Of a stretch of 64,000 nucleotides of DNA, positions 12,470 to 25,545 are shown piece by piece. The translations under genes were made by a program, and so were the position numbers. Origin of the DNA: Octopus vulgaris (lineage: Eukaryota). The stretch is from the NCBI GenBank assembly GCA_951406725.2, contig OX597827.1:38998001-39062000 (forward strand). The letters run 5' to 3'. The stretch's first letter is position 1; the number at the start of each line of letters is the position of its first letter. The notes below the pieces were generated by a model. The model did not search any database. It saw only the letters and a program-made list of their open reading frames with translations, and had not been told where the DNA came from.

Positions 12470-13250
12470 GGGTGTCAAAAAAAAATGTATATACACTTTG
12501 AATAATTGTAAAGTAGGTGTTTATTAAAATACATTTCATTTTCAAAATTTAATGGAATCTACAGATGTTATTTTATTGTTTTGTCAATGCCCATTTTCAA
12601 ACTGACGTCCGTTCTGGTCCAATTACTGCTGACAACGCAAAACAATGGAATCGCAAACATCACGAAACAATTCATTTGGTACTTGTGCACATTCTCGTTC
12701 AATGGCTGCTGTCAAATCAGCGATTGTCGCAGGTTTCATTGTGTAGACTTTGTCTTTTAGGTATCCCCATTAAAAAAAGTCTAGTGGTGTGAGGTCTGGT
12801 GAACGCGGAGGGTATTCAACAAAACCCCTTTGTCCAATCCACGTGTTTGGCAGGATCTCATCAAGGAAGGATCTAACATAGCGATGGTAGTGTGGGGGTG
12901 CCCCATCTTGCTGAAAATAAAACTCTTCATCTTCAAAGTCTTCTCTAATGCGTTAGACAGACAATTTTGGAATACCTGCCTCATGACTCGCTTACTGCAC
13001 AGAGTTTCTTGGACTTTGGTGATACTTTTCCAGTCCTCCTTGCTTTGTGGGGGTTGTTGATGCTCGTGGTCTTCTTGAATGCTTCTCTTGGACATTCTGA
13101 ACAGTTCCATTGGCTTTAAACTTATCTCTAATTCGAGTGATCATGAGCCGCATTGGTGAATCTGTTTGAAATTCCCTCCTAAACTGTCTTTGCACTTCAA
13201 CTGCGTTTTCACACTTCCAGTAGCATTTTAGAATGAGTATATGCAATGTA
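12467..13250 (-). mobile_element. Tc1/mariner superfamily transposon, rosa (DD41D)-like, internally deleted
   Basis: N-terminal HTH (VQRQFRREF...ITRIRDKFKANGTV, DUF4817-like); C-terminal FQQDGAPPHY...YPPRSPDLTPLDFF; terminal agggtgtc TIR end. Confidence 0.8.
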
Positions 13251-13451
13251 TATATGTAAATGTTTACATAAATATATGATTAGATTTAATAATTACAGAT
13301 ATACATTAGAAGTAAAATCAGACAATATTCATAACCAAAAAAAATAATGGCAATTCTTTGTTATTGGTACATGACATCATTCACACACACAAACTTCCTT
13401 TATGTGAAAAAGAGTAGACCAATATCGAAGGATCGCCAAAATATTTATACA

Positions 13452-13850
13452 TTGGCTGTATGGTAAGTAGCTTGCTTACCAACCACATGATTCTAGATTC
13501 ATCCCATTGCGTGGCACCTTGGGCAAGTGCCTTCTACTATAGCCTCAGGCTGACCAAAGCCTTGTGAGTGGATTAGGTAGATGGAAACTGAAAGAAGCCT
13601 GTCACATATATGTGTGTGTGTGTGTGTGTGTGTGTATGTTTGTGTGTCTGTATTTGTCCCCTCACCATCGCTTGACAACCGATCCTGGTGTGTTTACATC
13701 TTCGTAACTTAGCGGCTCAGCAAAAGAGACCGATAGAACAAGTAAGTACTAGGCTTACAAAGAATAAGTCCTAGGGTCGATTTGCTTGACTAAAGGCTGT
13801 GCTCCAGCATGGCTGCTGCCAAATGACTGAAATAAGTAAAACAATGAAAG
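13452..13850 (+). mobile_element. Octopus-type tRNA-derived SINE (same family as 11142)
   Basis: Colinear with the 11142-11533 copy. Confidence 0.9.
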
Positions 13851-14099
13851 AATATACTTGACCTATGCATATTTTTTTTTTACCCGTGTTTGTATTTCAC
13901 AAACGCAATAGAATGAAAAAAGTATGTATTACATATGAAATGTATGTAACGCTAAAGTATTGAAAGAATGCAATCGAGCGAGAAAAAATAATTATAAATA
14001 CCATTAGAGTGTTACTAATGCAATTTTACAAGAGAAGTGTCAAGTAGATTAGATAATACCGTAATTCTGAATAATTATCCCAATCTTAGTTTTATAATG

Positions 14100-15180
14100 T
14101 TTAAAAGTCTTTAGAATGTTAGCGTTACAATTAATTACTCTTCATTCCTTTTTTCTTTATTGAATAAAGTTTCATCAGTTTAAGCCTCACTAGTGCACAA
14201 CCGAAATTCACATCTTTCACTTCCATAAAGATTCACTGCATTAGTAATGCTCCATTCGAATTTAAAATAATGACTTTAGACTTTAAACTCCATATGTATT
14301 CGATTAGTGTTGTCGAATGCATTAATCTAGAATTAAAGAAAGAATGCTTCTGCGCAGAATACTTAATTTTGAAATAATTCTAATCAGAACTTATATAATG
14401 TAATTTATTATGGGCCAAAACATTACAGCTATATAACTATGTTTTTCCTGAGATAGTATTAGCAAAAGGACATTCACTAGTGATTCTGATGGTGCAGAAT
14501 GACAAGTGAATTTCTTATTAGTTTGTCTGTGATAATTGGTATTGTATAAAATATGAATGCAGTGGCCAAGCCCTTTTGTGCAGTGACTGGGTCGATAGAA
14601 GCTATGTTATTTACATGTTTGCATTATTACCACTATTAATAATATTATTACAAGCAAAGATAGTCTTGCTATTTTTGTTCGCAGTGTGAATAAGCCACCA
14701 TTATAGACGCAGTATTAGAATCAATCATCTCCATATTAAGGTGACTTCCAAACTTATAAGCAGGATTGCTGCTAAAAACTTTTATTCATTCAAGATAAGG
14801 TTTTAGTACTGCCTTTTTTTTTCCCACAACAATTATTAATGCCTAGATTAAGCTCATTGTGATCAAAAGCAGCAATATTATCAGCTGAGTCAGGAGTAGT
14901 AGAATATGATAGTTTAACAGTATTGGTGTCAAAAATCTAATGGTATCTATGTTGTGGTGGGGTAATTTTTCTTAAGTATTTCAAAAAGTACTTTGGATAT
15001 GTAAGATTTAACCTGTAAAGGAATGGCGGGTTATACCATGTAACAATTTTTTCTAGTTTTCCTAATACAAATTTTCTTCCAGTTGCTTTTGTTAGTGTTC
15101 ATTACTGACTCTAAAATTAGTGTGGTCCTTAGAAGTATGTTTAGTACTATCATTTTCTTTATCCTTGAAATTTACCCTGC
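14100..15180 (-). mobile_element. Penelope-like retroelement fossil (linker and GIY-YIG endonuclease region)
   Basis: Manual translation gives WYNPPF (15038-15021), PPQHRYH*IFDTNTVKLSYSTTP (about 14960-14890) and STTLIEYIWSLK (about 14316-14282), matching Penelope WFNPPF / IFNxNTVKxSYS / TxLSxYIWxLK motifs. Confidence 0.7.
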
Positions 15181-15194
15181 ATTCGCTGATTTTT

Positions 15195-15368
15195 TTTCTT
15201 TTAGTTGTCATGCTGGAGCACTGCCTTGAGGAATTTTAGTTGAATGAATCGACCCCAGTACTTATTGTTTTTTTTTTTAGCCTAGTACTTAGTCTATTGG
15301 ACTCTTTTTGCTGAACTGCTAAGTTATGGGGGCATAACCTCACCAACATCGGTGGGGGAACAAACAGA

Positions 15369-15406
<38 letters not shown>

Positions 15407-16055
15407 ACAGGTTTTGGCTTCTTTCAGTTTCCGTCTACCAGACCCACTCACAAGGATTTGGTTACTACGAGGCTACAGTAGAAGACACTTGCCCAAGGTG
15501 CCACAATATTATTAGCAGAGATAGGCAATTATGTGACAGAGATTTTCTATTTTTGCCGAACCGCTAAGTTTAGACTCTTTCTGCTGAACTGCTAACTTAC
15601 GGGGACATAACCTCACCAACATCGGTGGGGGAACAAACAGAAACACACACACACACATACATACACACACAATAGGCTTCGGCTTCTTTCAGTTTCCATC
15701 TACCAAATCCGCTCACAAGGCTTTGGTTGCTCCGAGACTACAGTAGAAGACACTTGCCCAAGGTGTCACAATATTATAATTAGACAGAGATAGGCGCTTA
15801 TTTGACAGAGATTTTCTATTTTTGCCAAACCACTAAGTTCAGATTCTTTTTGCTAATGTGCTAAGTTATGGGGACATAACCTCACCAACATCGGTGGGGA
15901 CAAGCAGAAACACACACACACACACAACATGTTTCAGCTTCTTTCAGTTTCCATCACAAGGATTTGGTTGCTCTGAGGCTACAGTAGAAGACACTTGCCC
16001 AAGGTGCCACAATATTATTATTAGCCAGAGATAGGCTATTATTTGACATAGATTT
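15195..16055 (-). repeat. SINE copy whose internal part plus adjacent sequence is tandemly triplicated
   Basis: Three units starting at about 15300, 15573 and 15842 (gactct/gattct...gctaa...cacaatatta...gagatagg). Confidence 0.85.
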
Positions 16056-16388
16056 GCTATTACTATTATCAGTGCTAGATGTGTCATCTTCAGCTAGATT
16101 ATTGGTAGAGTTTTTACACATAGTCTTATTTGTAGTTCTATTTACAGTAGTTTCAGGGTTAAGTGTGACTAATGTTTTCTTCTTCAAACCGTTTATTTAT
16201 TTTTCATTTATTTATTTTTGCATCATTACTCCTCCACAAGGTTTCATTAAAAAAAATGTTTATTGTCAGTTTTACTTGTGTTTTTCTGTTGTTATTTAAT
16301 CATTCTATGTGTTCTATAGTTGTTACAGCCTGTGCACCTGCATTTTGTATGACTGTAGATACAGTAACCTGAATACACTTTTTGGGTG

Positions 16389-16430
<42 letters not shown>

Positions 16431-16526
16431 CAATTTCTCTGAATTTTCAGATTTTTCTATATGCTAGGCTACTGGTTTTAAATTGATGTTAATTAAATTA
16501 ATATTCAATTTATCACCCTCATTATT

Positions 16527-16567
<41 letters not shown>

Positions 16568-16575
16568 GATGATGA

Positions 16576-16629
<54 letters not shown>

Positions 16630-17107
16630 GTGTAATAGACCGTATGGAGTTCTAAATAAATGGTTGTATGTCAGGCCTTATAGAAGTGTATTAATAGCAA
16701 ATAATTATATATATGTGTGTGTATGTGTATGTACATATAAGTGTAAAAATGCATGTGTGCACATACACATAATACAAATACATATATGCATAATACCTAT
16801 GAGTGTGCATGTGTGTGAGTGTTTGTGTGTGTGCGTGCATGTGCTTATGTCTATTTGTAGAAAACATTTAAAATGGTAAACATTTTTGCCTTTATGTAGG
16901 ATAGGCATTTTTGTCTTTATGCAGTGGCATTCATTTCGGGACTTGTAAAGCTTTTCAGGCTAAAGTTTGGTGCGAGTTTCTCTGAGCTTTGACAGGGTCC
17001 AATGGATACGAAACATTTTGGCAGAGCCGTTTTAGTGTTGCCTGTTTGGCATCGCTGACATGACGCCAACTTACACGATCAGGCATTTTATTGGTTCTTT
17101 CTTTCTT

Positions 17108-17168
<61 letters not shown>

Positions 17169-17694
17169 GTATATATGCGTGTGTATGTGTGAGCATAGTT
17201 CTCTTTATGTGTATAGGACGAGGAAATTTGTTTACGTCAATTGGGTTCAATTAATAAATTATAATGACTCTCCCACACTACTCTCTCACTCTCTGAATGT
17301 GTATATTTCTGCGCTTGCACATATATATGTGTGTATGTGTGTGTTTGTGTGAGTGTGTGTGTGTGTGTATCCAGTGCCAAAATGTACTGTCTCCAAAACA
17401 TGTTGGATGTCCATGTAGCCATGCAAAAGTGCCTGCACCCAAATAACCATGCCCGATCGTCTTATTCCAAGATCCAATAATTCCTAAGCATTTGTGACTG
17501 TGCATGCAGCTGGTTGTAACTTAGTTGTTCAGCAAAAGTGAATGACAGGATGAGTACAAGACTAAAAAAAAAAAAAGTACGGAGGTGGGGGGGGGGCGAT
17601 CTGTTTGACTAAAACCCATCAAGGCGGGACCCACCCACTATGGCCGCAGACCAATGACTGAAACAAGCGAAATACAAAAGATAAAAGTTGATTT

Positions 17695-18085
17695 CTGTGC
17701 CAGTGGCACATAAAAAGCACCATCCGAACGTGGCCGATGCCAGCGCCGCCTCGACTGGCTTCTGTGCCGGTGGCACATAAAAAGCACCATCCGAACATGG
17801 CCGATGCCAGCGCCGCCTTGGCTGGCTTCCGTGCCGGTGGCACGTTAAAAGCACCAACCAATCGTGGACAATGCCAGACTCCCCTGGCACCTGTGCAGGT
17901 GGCACATAAAAAGCACCCACTACACTCGCGGAGTGGTTGGCGTTAGGAAGGGCATCCAGCTGTAGAAACACTGCCAGATCAGACTGGAGCCTGGTGCAGC
18001 CCCTGGCTTCCCAGACCCCGGTCGAACCATCCAACCCATGCTAGCGCGGAAAACGGACGTTAAACGATGATGATGATGATGATGA
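17695..18085 (+). mobile_element. SINE 3' portion with internal tandem units of about 66 bp and (GAT)n tail
   Basis: Repeated ggtggcacataaaaagcacc units, ttaggaagggcatccagctgtagaaa domain, ggacgttaaacgatgatgat tail. Confidence 0.85.
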
Positions 18086-18167
18086 AAAGTTGATAAGATA
18101 ATCAAAAAAGGAATTTTCAATTGGTTACTTATTTTATTGTATATATCCTGCAGTTGATAACCACTTA

Positions 18168-18687
18168 CCATAAATCCTCAAGTATAATCCGCATTTTTCC
18201 CCCAAAATTTAAAGGTCAAAATCCCCAGTGCGTACTATATACGAGGTTAAAATGAAAAATATTTTCTAAGCAATGTCTGAGTCTCTATTTGCTGTCTGGC
18301 TATGTTTATTCAGATGCATTTTGTGATGTTGGGTGCGAAAATACCTTAAGCTAAGCCTGAAAGCAATGAAGTCATAAAAGGATCATCCATAACTTGCAGT
18401 AATCAACATTTATTAAACGTTATTACTGTTATTACTGTTATTTCTTTATTTTCTGCAAACAAAATGCCCCCAAAAGCTTCACGTTTGCATTATGTTATAT
18501 ATACAATAATAATAAAGGATGTTAACGCATTCATTTTTACAAACCAAGGACATTATACAGACCTCCTTGACTCAAGTTAAAGAAGGGGTGCGTATTATAC
18601 ACAAGGTTTAGGTTTTTCAGAGGTACAGCCCCCTAAAAATCCCCTGCGTATTATACTCAAGGGCAGACTATACTTGAGGATTTACGG
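18168..18687. mobile_element. Tc2/pogo-like MITE, copy 1
   Basis: TIRs ccataaatcctcaagtata / tatacttgaggatttacgg, TA on both flanks; highly similar copy at 58049-58571. Confidence 0.85.
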
Positions 18688-18744
18688 TATCTTCCAGATA
18701 CAAATTAACTGCCTATATGTATTCATTCTTTGCTCCACAGATTA

Positions 18745-18960
18745 AAGCCTTAGTATCTTAGTATTTATACCAGCCATATCCGGCCCAAATATTCTACCTA
18801 TTTATGTTGAAACCAGTCAGTTAGGTTGGCCTCTTACACCAACCTAACATCATTCTAAAAATAAACAACTATATCATCAAAGTCTCAAAGCTATGATTAA
18901 TTCAAAACAATGTGAATAAGCACTACATTTGACAGAATAATCTGAACGGTTAAGGGTTAA
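18745..18960. mobile_element. piggyBac-like non-autonomous element, decayed
   Basis: Ends in aaggg|ttaa; left end degenerate. Confidence 0.4.
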
Positions 18961-19531
18961 AACTTTTAACTCCCTCTGTAGTTCAGTTACTGTATAATGG
19001 CAATCTTCTTGACGCATGAGTGTTGGATTGATTCCAGTTCAGTAGTATATTTGACATTTATGAAAAGATTATAGCTGGGAGCAGGACCAACATGACATAA
19101 CATTGTCCTATTCTTTTTCTTCTAAATGCTCTCAGAATCTATCCACACACATAATTCTCTTTTATAGGCAAGGTATATTCTTATAAAATATATTACACAA
19201 TATACATGTGTTGCATATATATATATAAATATATATATATTAATATTATTCAATCCATGAAAAAAATCTCAAAACAAACAACAGCTGTATATATGAGTGT
19301 GTCTTCGCGTACGGACACTGGTATTCCTTTATAAATGATAGACATGGATGCAGCTATTACACCCACCCACCCACGTGCACACACTTATGTGTGTGTGTGT
19401 GCACATATATATGCATATATGTATATACAAAAGCATATATGTATGTATAGATAAATATAGAGACAGAGGGAGAGAGAGAGAATGAGAGGTAGAGAGAGCG
19501 AATGAGAGAGAGAGAGAGATAGATAGATAGT

Positions 19532-19569
<38 letters not shown>

Positions 19570-20364
19570 AATGTACACACATGCTCACAGACAGACACAA
19601 ATTACATGAATACATACATAAATGATGTCTGCAACTCGACTGAGAAATGTTATCGCTTGATTGTTCTCTTAAAGCAATACATATGTTGTTTTTCAGTTCT
19701 GCTCAGGACCTACACTCTTTTGTATGGATGTGGCAACAATGGGTGCCTCTTACAGTAGGTGTTCAGAAAGTTACCATCCTCATTGACACATGCCTTCATT
19801 TCATCATGGAATTTTTCATAGAGTGTTTTGTCTTTTTTTCTGGTATGGCCAGCCATAATATTTAACACATAATAGAGATCTTAAAAATCAAGTGAGGGCT
19901 GTGTTTGACACTTTTTAAAGTGAGGAAAGGTCTTGCACTGAGCTAATATCGCTCTCTGAGCAATAAATGTATTTGCCCATCACCTATCAAAAGAAAAACT
20001 AGCCTATATCATTGGATGGATGCAAACGAAGACGCAAGTGTTACATCATAGTTTTCTTTCTCCTTGAACGATGGATGATGCCTAAACAAAGACCAGGGAT
20101 ATCACACTCCAGCAGTTGGATGGTTGTTGACGCTGCTGAATTCATCCGCTCTTTGACAGGTTTTGTTTCTCATCACGAGGGGTATCCAATGAAAAATCAC
20201 TCTCCTTACTAAGCAGGGATGTCGCTTTAGACATTAGTTTAGGTTTGACTATACAACAGATTGCACTGGATTACACTTTACCAGTAGCACTAAGAGTGAT
20301 CTGACATACATACATACATACATACATACATACATACATACATACATACATACATACATACATA

Positions 20365-20745
20365 ACCTGCAAATATAAATATCACTTTGAAAATCAAAGA
20401 GAAAGAGGATATCTATGGACAACTGCTTTGAAACTTCCAGCTTCTATATCCAGACTATGAATTCATATTCATACCAATTATAATTGGAGCACTAGGTTTT
20501 GTTAGTAAATGCTTAAAGGAGAATCTGGATAAACTGGGATTTTCAGAAAGAGAAAGTGACCAGTTGATTCGTACATTATAAGTCCAATCTGTGAGTGGAA
20601 CAGTAAAAATATGCAAGACTTTTCTCAAGTTCCAAACGTTAATTCACCTGTGTTAACTACATTCCAAAGATGGCGCCTCATATCTTTGTTGGAAACCAGC
20701 TCCCTTCTCAGTGGAAAATTTATAATAATTAAAAAAATAGAAGAG
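20365..20745 (+). mobile_element. 3' fragment of an RLE-type (R4/Dong-like) LINE beside (TACA)n
   Basis: Translation KIKEKEDIYGQLL...FIPIIIGALGFV matches the end of a restriction-like endonuclease domain. Confidence 0.7.
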
Positions 20746-20789
20746 ATATACATACATACATGCATCTAGGTTAGAAACCAGCTCTATCT

Positions 20790-21122
20790 CTATTCTTTTA
20801 CTCTTTTACTTGTTTCAGTCATTTGACTATGGCCATGCTGGAGCACCGCTGTTAGTCGAGGAAATCAACCCCAGGACTTATTCTTTGTAAGCCTAGTACT
20901 TATTCTATCGGTCTCTTTTGCGGAACCGCCATCGGTTGTCAAGCGATGTTTTTTTGGGGGGGAACAAGCACAAACACACACGCATATATATACATGTTCA
21001 TATATATGATGTAGATTTGGTCGACCCGAGGCTATAGTAGAAGGCACTTGCCCAAGGTGCCATGCAGTGGGACTGAACACGGAACTATGTGGTTGGTAAG
21101 CAAGCTACTTATCACACAGCCA
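20790..21122 (-). mobile_element. Octopus-type tRNA SINE, internally deleted
   Basis: Reverse complement of the 11142 family. Confidence 0.85.
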
Positions 21123-21934
21123 CAAAGATACTATATACATAAATACAAACACACATACACATACACATATATATATATGTACATCCATACATACGTACAT
21201 ACATATATACATGCACACAAAAAAATTCTTGCACATACAAACACACATGAATACACACATTCATACTTACACACACACATGTATACACACATTCATACTT
21301 ACACACACACATACACATATACATACACACATACATACATACATACATACATACATACATACATACATACATACATACATACATACATACATACATACAT
21401 ACATACATACATACATACATACATACATACATACATGTATTAAAGATCCAAATTCTGATGATGTCAACTATGGTATTTACCAAGGAATCCGTCACTATTA
21501 AAAAACAAACAAATAAACCAAAAACTAAAGAAAGAAAAATAATAAAAGAAGGAAAGGACAACATCCATATTATGAATGATAGCTATAATTGCGTATGTGA
21601 GAGTTGTTTAAAAATACACTTATCAATGAAAAAAAATAGCTTTCCATATTCTGTGAGATTTTTGCAACTTGATGGATACTGTAATGTTATTTTATGTATA
21701 TTATCAGGAAGCCTGAGTTGGTTATCCATGCCAGTGTGAGTGTGCACGTGTGTGTGATTATGTGTGTGCTTGTGCATGTGTGTGTGTATGTGTTTGAGTG
21801 TCTGTATGTATGCGTGTGTATGTTGCGAGTGTATGTGCATATCTATGTATGCTTGTATGTATTAATGTGTGTGTATACAGACAGACAAACAGACACAGAC
21901 ATACACACACACACACACATATAACATGTATAGT

Positions 21935-23105
21935 TTGCGCAGATGTGGCTGTGTAGTAAGAAAGTTTATCCCCAACCACATGGTACCGGGTTCAGTCCTA
22001 CTATGTGGCACCTTGAGCAAGTGTCTTCTACTATATCCTCGGGCCGACCAAAGCACTGTGAGTATGTGTGTGTGTGTGTGTGTATGCATATTCTAAAGAT
22101 TCTTCAAGGCGATGCTCCAGCATGGCCACAGTCTAATGATTGAAAGAAGTAAAAGATAAAAGATATATGTATACATACAGGCGCAGGCATGGCTGTGTAG
22201 TAGGAAGCTTCCTTCCCAACCACATGGTTCCGAGTTCAGTCCCAGTGTGTGGAACCTTGGGCAAGTGTTTTCTACTATTTTCTTGGGCCGACCAATGCCT
22301 TGTGAATGGATTTGATATAGAGAAACTGAAAGAAACTCGTCATGTATATCATCATCATCATCATCATCATTTTATGTCCGCTTTCCATGCTGGCATGGGT
22401 TGGACGATTTGACTGAGGACTGGTGAGCCATAGGCTGCACCAGGCTCAATCTGATCTGGCAAAGTTTCTACAGCTGGATGCTCTTTCTAATGCTAACTAC
22501 TCCGAGAGTGTAGTGGGTGCTTTTACATGCCACTGGCATGAGGGCAAGTCAGGCGGTTCTGGCAACGACCACGCTCAAAAGGTGTTTTTATGTGCTACCT
22601 GCATGGGGACTAGTCTGGTGGCACTGGCAATTACCATGCTCGAATGTTGTTTTTCACATGCCACCAGTACATGTGCCAGTAAAGCAACACTGGCAACAAT
22701 CATGCTTTAATGTTGCTTTTTACTTGTCACCTGTAAGGGAGCCAATCTGTGGCCCTGGCAACGATCACACTTGGATGTGCTTTTAATGTTCCACTTGCAT
22801 GAGTGCCAATCAGGCGGTACTGTCATTGGCCACGTCAGCAATTTTGATTTTTTTACACTTGTCTCAATAGGTCTTTGCAAGCAAAGTTCATTGTCCAATG
22901 AATGAGGGGTACTCATAAGTGGGCCGGTTACATCCCACATTCGGATGTGCTTTTAATGCTCCACTGGCACAAGTGCCAATCAGTCGGTACTATCATCAGC
23001 CACATCAGCAATTTTGATTTTGATTTCACTTGCCTCAATAGGTTTTCACAAGCAAGGTTTATGAACCAATGAAAGAGGGGTATTCATAAATGGGCTGGTT
23101 ACACC
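21935..23105. mobile_element. SINE cluster: two plus-strand 11142-family copies followed by a minus-strand tandem-unit SINE
   Basis: Heads at about 21940 and 22180; (CAT)n tail at about 22350 then repeated gtgcttttaatg..ccac units. Confidence 0.8.
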
Positions 23106-23133
23106 CATATCTATATATCTATATTTTTCTATA

Positions 23134-23171
<38 letters not shown>

Positions 23172-23252
23172 GGTCCCGGGTTGAGTCGGGGTTAACCACA
23201 GTTAATAAGGTACTCAATACATAGCAGACTAAATTAATTTATTTTATAGAAG

Positions 23253-23305
23253 GAGCTTCTACAGAACTAGAACTGTTTCATTCAAATGAAATCTTCAGGA
23301 AGCTC
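23253..23305 (-). ncRNA. Type I hammerhead ribozyme (mirror copy)
   Basis: Same motif on the minus strand; loop III UUCUAGUU is the only difference. Confidence 0.8.
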
Positions 23306-23311
23306 ATGAAA

Positions 23312-23364
23312 GAGCTTCCTGAAGATTTCATTTGAATGAAACAGTTCTAGTCCTGTAGAAGCTC
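23312..23364 (+). ncRNA. Type I hammerhead ribozyme
   Basis: GAGCUUC-CUGAAGA-U(UUC AUUU GAA)U-GAAA-CAG(UUCUAGUC)CUG-UA-GAAGCUC; 7-bp stem I, intact core, predicted GUA cleavage after 23357; stem II short. Confidence 0.8.
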
Positions 23365-23374
23365 CTTCTATAAA

Positions 23375-23434
<60 letters not shown>

Positions 23435-23809
23435 ATATATATATGGTACCCCACCATGCCTGCACTGAAATATGTTGAAGATAGATAGATAGATAGATAG
23501 ATATACAGACAGATAGATGCAGGACATCATAGAAAGAATGGAGAATTATATATATTTTCAAAACTTTTTTTATCGCAGTACTATTCACATTACATTCATG
23601 TTAGATTTCAATCTCAACACGTGTTTCTTTTGCATAAGTGTCCTAATGTACTTTGATGTAGGATTTATGTGCATTCAGTTGGTTCAGTTGTAGTATATAT
23701 TCACCCATTGTAGACGCATCTATGCAGCTTTATTCAAGGTTTTGACTATGCGGGTGGTTGTATACATGCATTATATATATGTGTGTGTGTGTGTGTGTAA
23801 GTATATATA

Positions 23810-24088
23810 TCATCCGAAGGTGGCCGATGCCATCACCACCTTGGCTGGCTTCTGTGTTGGTGGCATGTAAAAAGCACCAACCAATCGTGGCTGTTGTCAG
23901 CCTCCTCTGTGCCGGTGGCATGTAAAAAGCACCCACAACACTCACGAAGTGGTTGGCGTTAGGAAGGGCTTCCAGCTGTAGAAACTGCCAGATCAGCCTG
24001 GTGCAGCCTTCTGGCTTCCCAGACCCTAGTCAAACCGTCCAACCCATGCTAGCATGGAAAACGGACGTTAAATGAGGATGATGATGAT
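23810..24088 (+). mobile_element. Tandem-unit SINE 3' portion (family of 17695); shorter copies at 25144-25286 and 34115-34270
   Basis: ttaggaagggc...aacccatgctagcatggaaa...gatgatgat. Confidence 0.85.
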
Positions 24089-24827
24089 ATATTTATATAT
24101 ACATATACACACATAGACACATATATACATACTGACACTCACATGGGTGTATTGTGTGTGAATATGTATGTATTTATAAGACATATATGTGTACACACAT
24201 GCACATACACACACACACACAGATGGATGCATGTGTGAGGGGCATTAGAAATAAACAAGGAGAGAAGTCGGCGAGGCAAAGAGAGAGACAGAGAGGAGAG
24301 AGAAAAATTAAATGTTTCCATAATGTGTAAAAGATGTCAGTTTTTCTACATCCTTCAGTATCCGCCAAAATACAGCTTTCATTCATTCAAGTAGTTAATG
24401 TCATCTGGTCTCCCCACCTCCCCTACTAGCTTCCGAGCAGTGACTAAATTATTTAGCTATTCTGATGATATAACACACACACACACACACACACACATGG
24501 GTGCACGTGTATATATTAGTGACTTCTTCACTCCTGCATATTTCAAATACGTTACAGTCTACGTACGTGCTTATATTGGAATATCTATCTGTGAAAGTGT
24601 AATGGGCGTGTGCTTTCAGTCGTGTGTAGTCTAACTTTTTGACACGAAATCCCGGAGAGCCAAGCTGACATATGAAGCATTACAAAAATATATTTGTCTC
24701 CACAAAATTAACCGAATTAACAACAATTGAAAATTTCTTGATTCATGCATACATACATATATACATACATATATACATGCATACATACACACATATACAT
24801 GCATACACAGACACACACACACATGTA

Positions 24828-24887
<60 letters not shown>

Positions 24888-24987
24888 ATTTACTTGGAAG
24901 AGGATGTGTGGCGTTCAATCATATAATGATATAAATAATATATATATGCATGTATACATACATATATGTACATACTTACATCTTTAC

Positions 24988-25031
<44 letters not shown>

Positions 25032-25300
25032 TGATGTATGTACATATACATATGTATATATGCATATATATATATATATTATTTATTTTATATATATATA
25101 CATGCATACCTATATACATACGTGCATACATACATACAAACATGTTAGGAAGGGCATCCAGCTGTAGAAACACTGCCAGATCTGACTGGCCTGGTGCAGC
25201 CTTCGGGCTCCCCAGACCCCAGTTGAACCGTCCAACCCATGCTAGCATGGAAAGCGGACGTTAAATGATGATGATGATGATGATGATATATATATATATG

Positions 25301-25380
<80 letters not shown>

Positions 25381-25384
25381 CATC

Positions 25385-25545
25385 AAAGTAAGCACATAAA
25401 TGTGAAACAAGGTGGGGGAAAAAATAGTACTCAAATACCAAAGGTAGAGTAATATGCTTTATCATTATTTAAGCTACAAAAACATCACAAAAATATCGAA
25501 AACTGCTACTCAAAGTTTCACATTCCTGTTTGTTGGACAGTTTAA
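25385..25545 (-). mobile_element. Penelope-like terminal remnant with hammerhead relic (25502-25541)
   Basis: Minus strand: ACUGU-CCAACAA-ACA(GGAA)UGU-GAAA-CUUUGAG-UA-GCAGU; core mutated. Confidence 0.45.

Larger units (their letters stand above)
23237..23380. repeat. Near-perfect palindrome (69-bp arms, 6-nt loop, 1 mismatch)
   Basis: 23237-23305 versus 23312-23380, loop atgaaa. Confidence 0.95.

Noticed and set aside
17695-17930. Regularly spaced repeats superficially like a CRISPR array (also 22510-23000)
   Set aside because: Intervening sequences are similar to each other, lie inside a SINE, and there are no cas genes in this eukaryotic context
19640-20300. Coding-like unique sequence
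   Set aside because: No motif recognised in the frames I read; probably an old TE fragment, left unassigned
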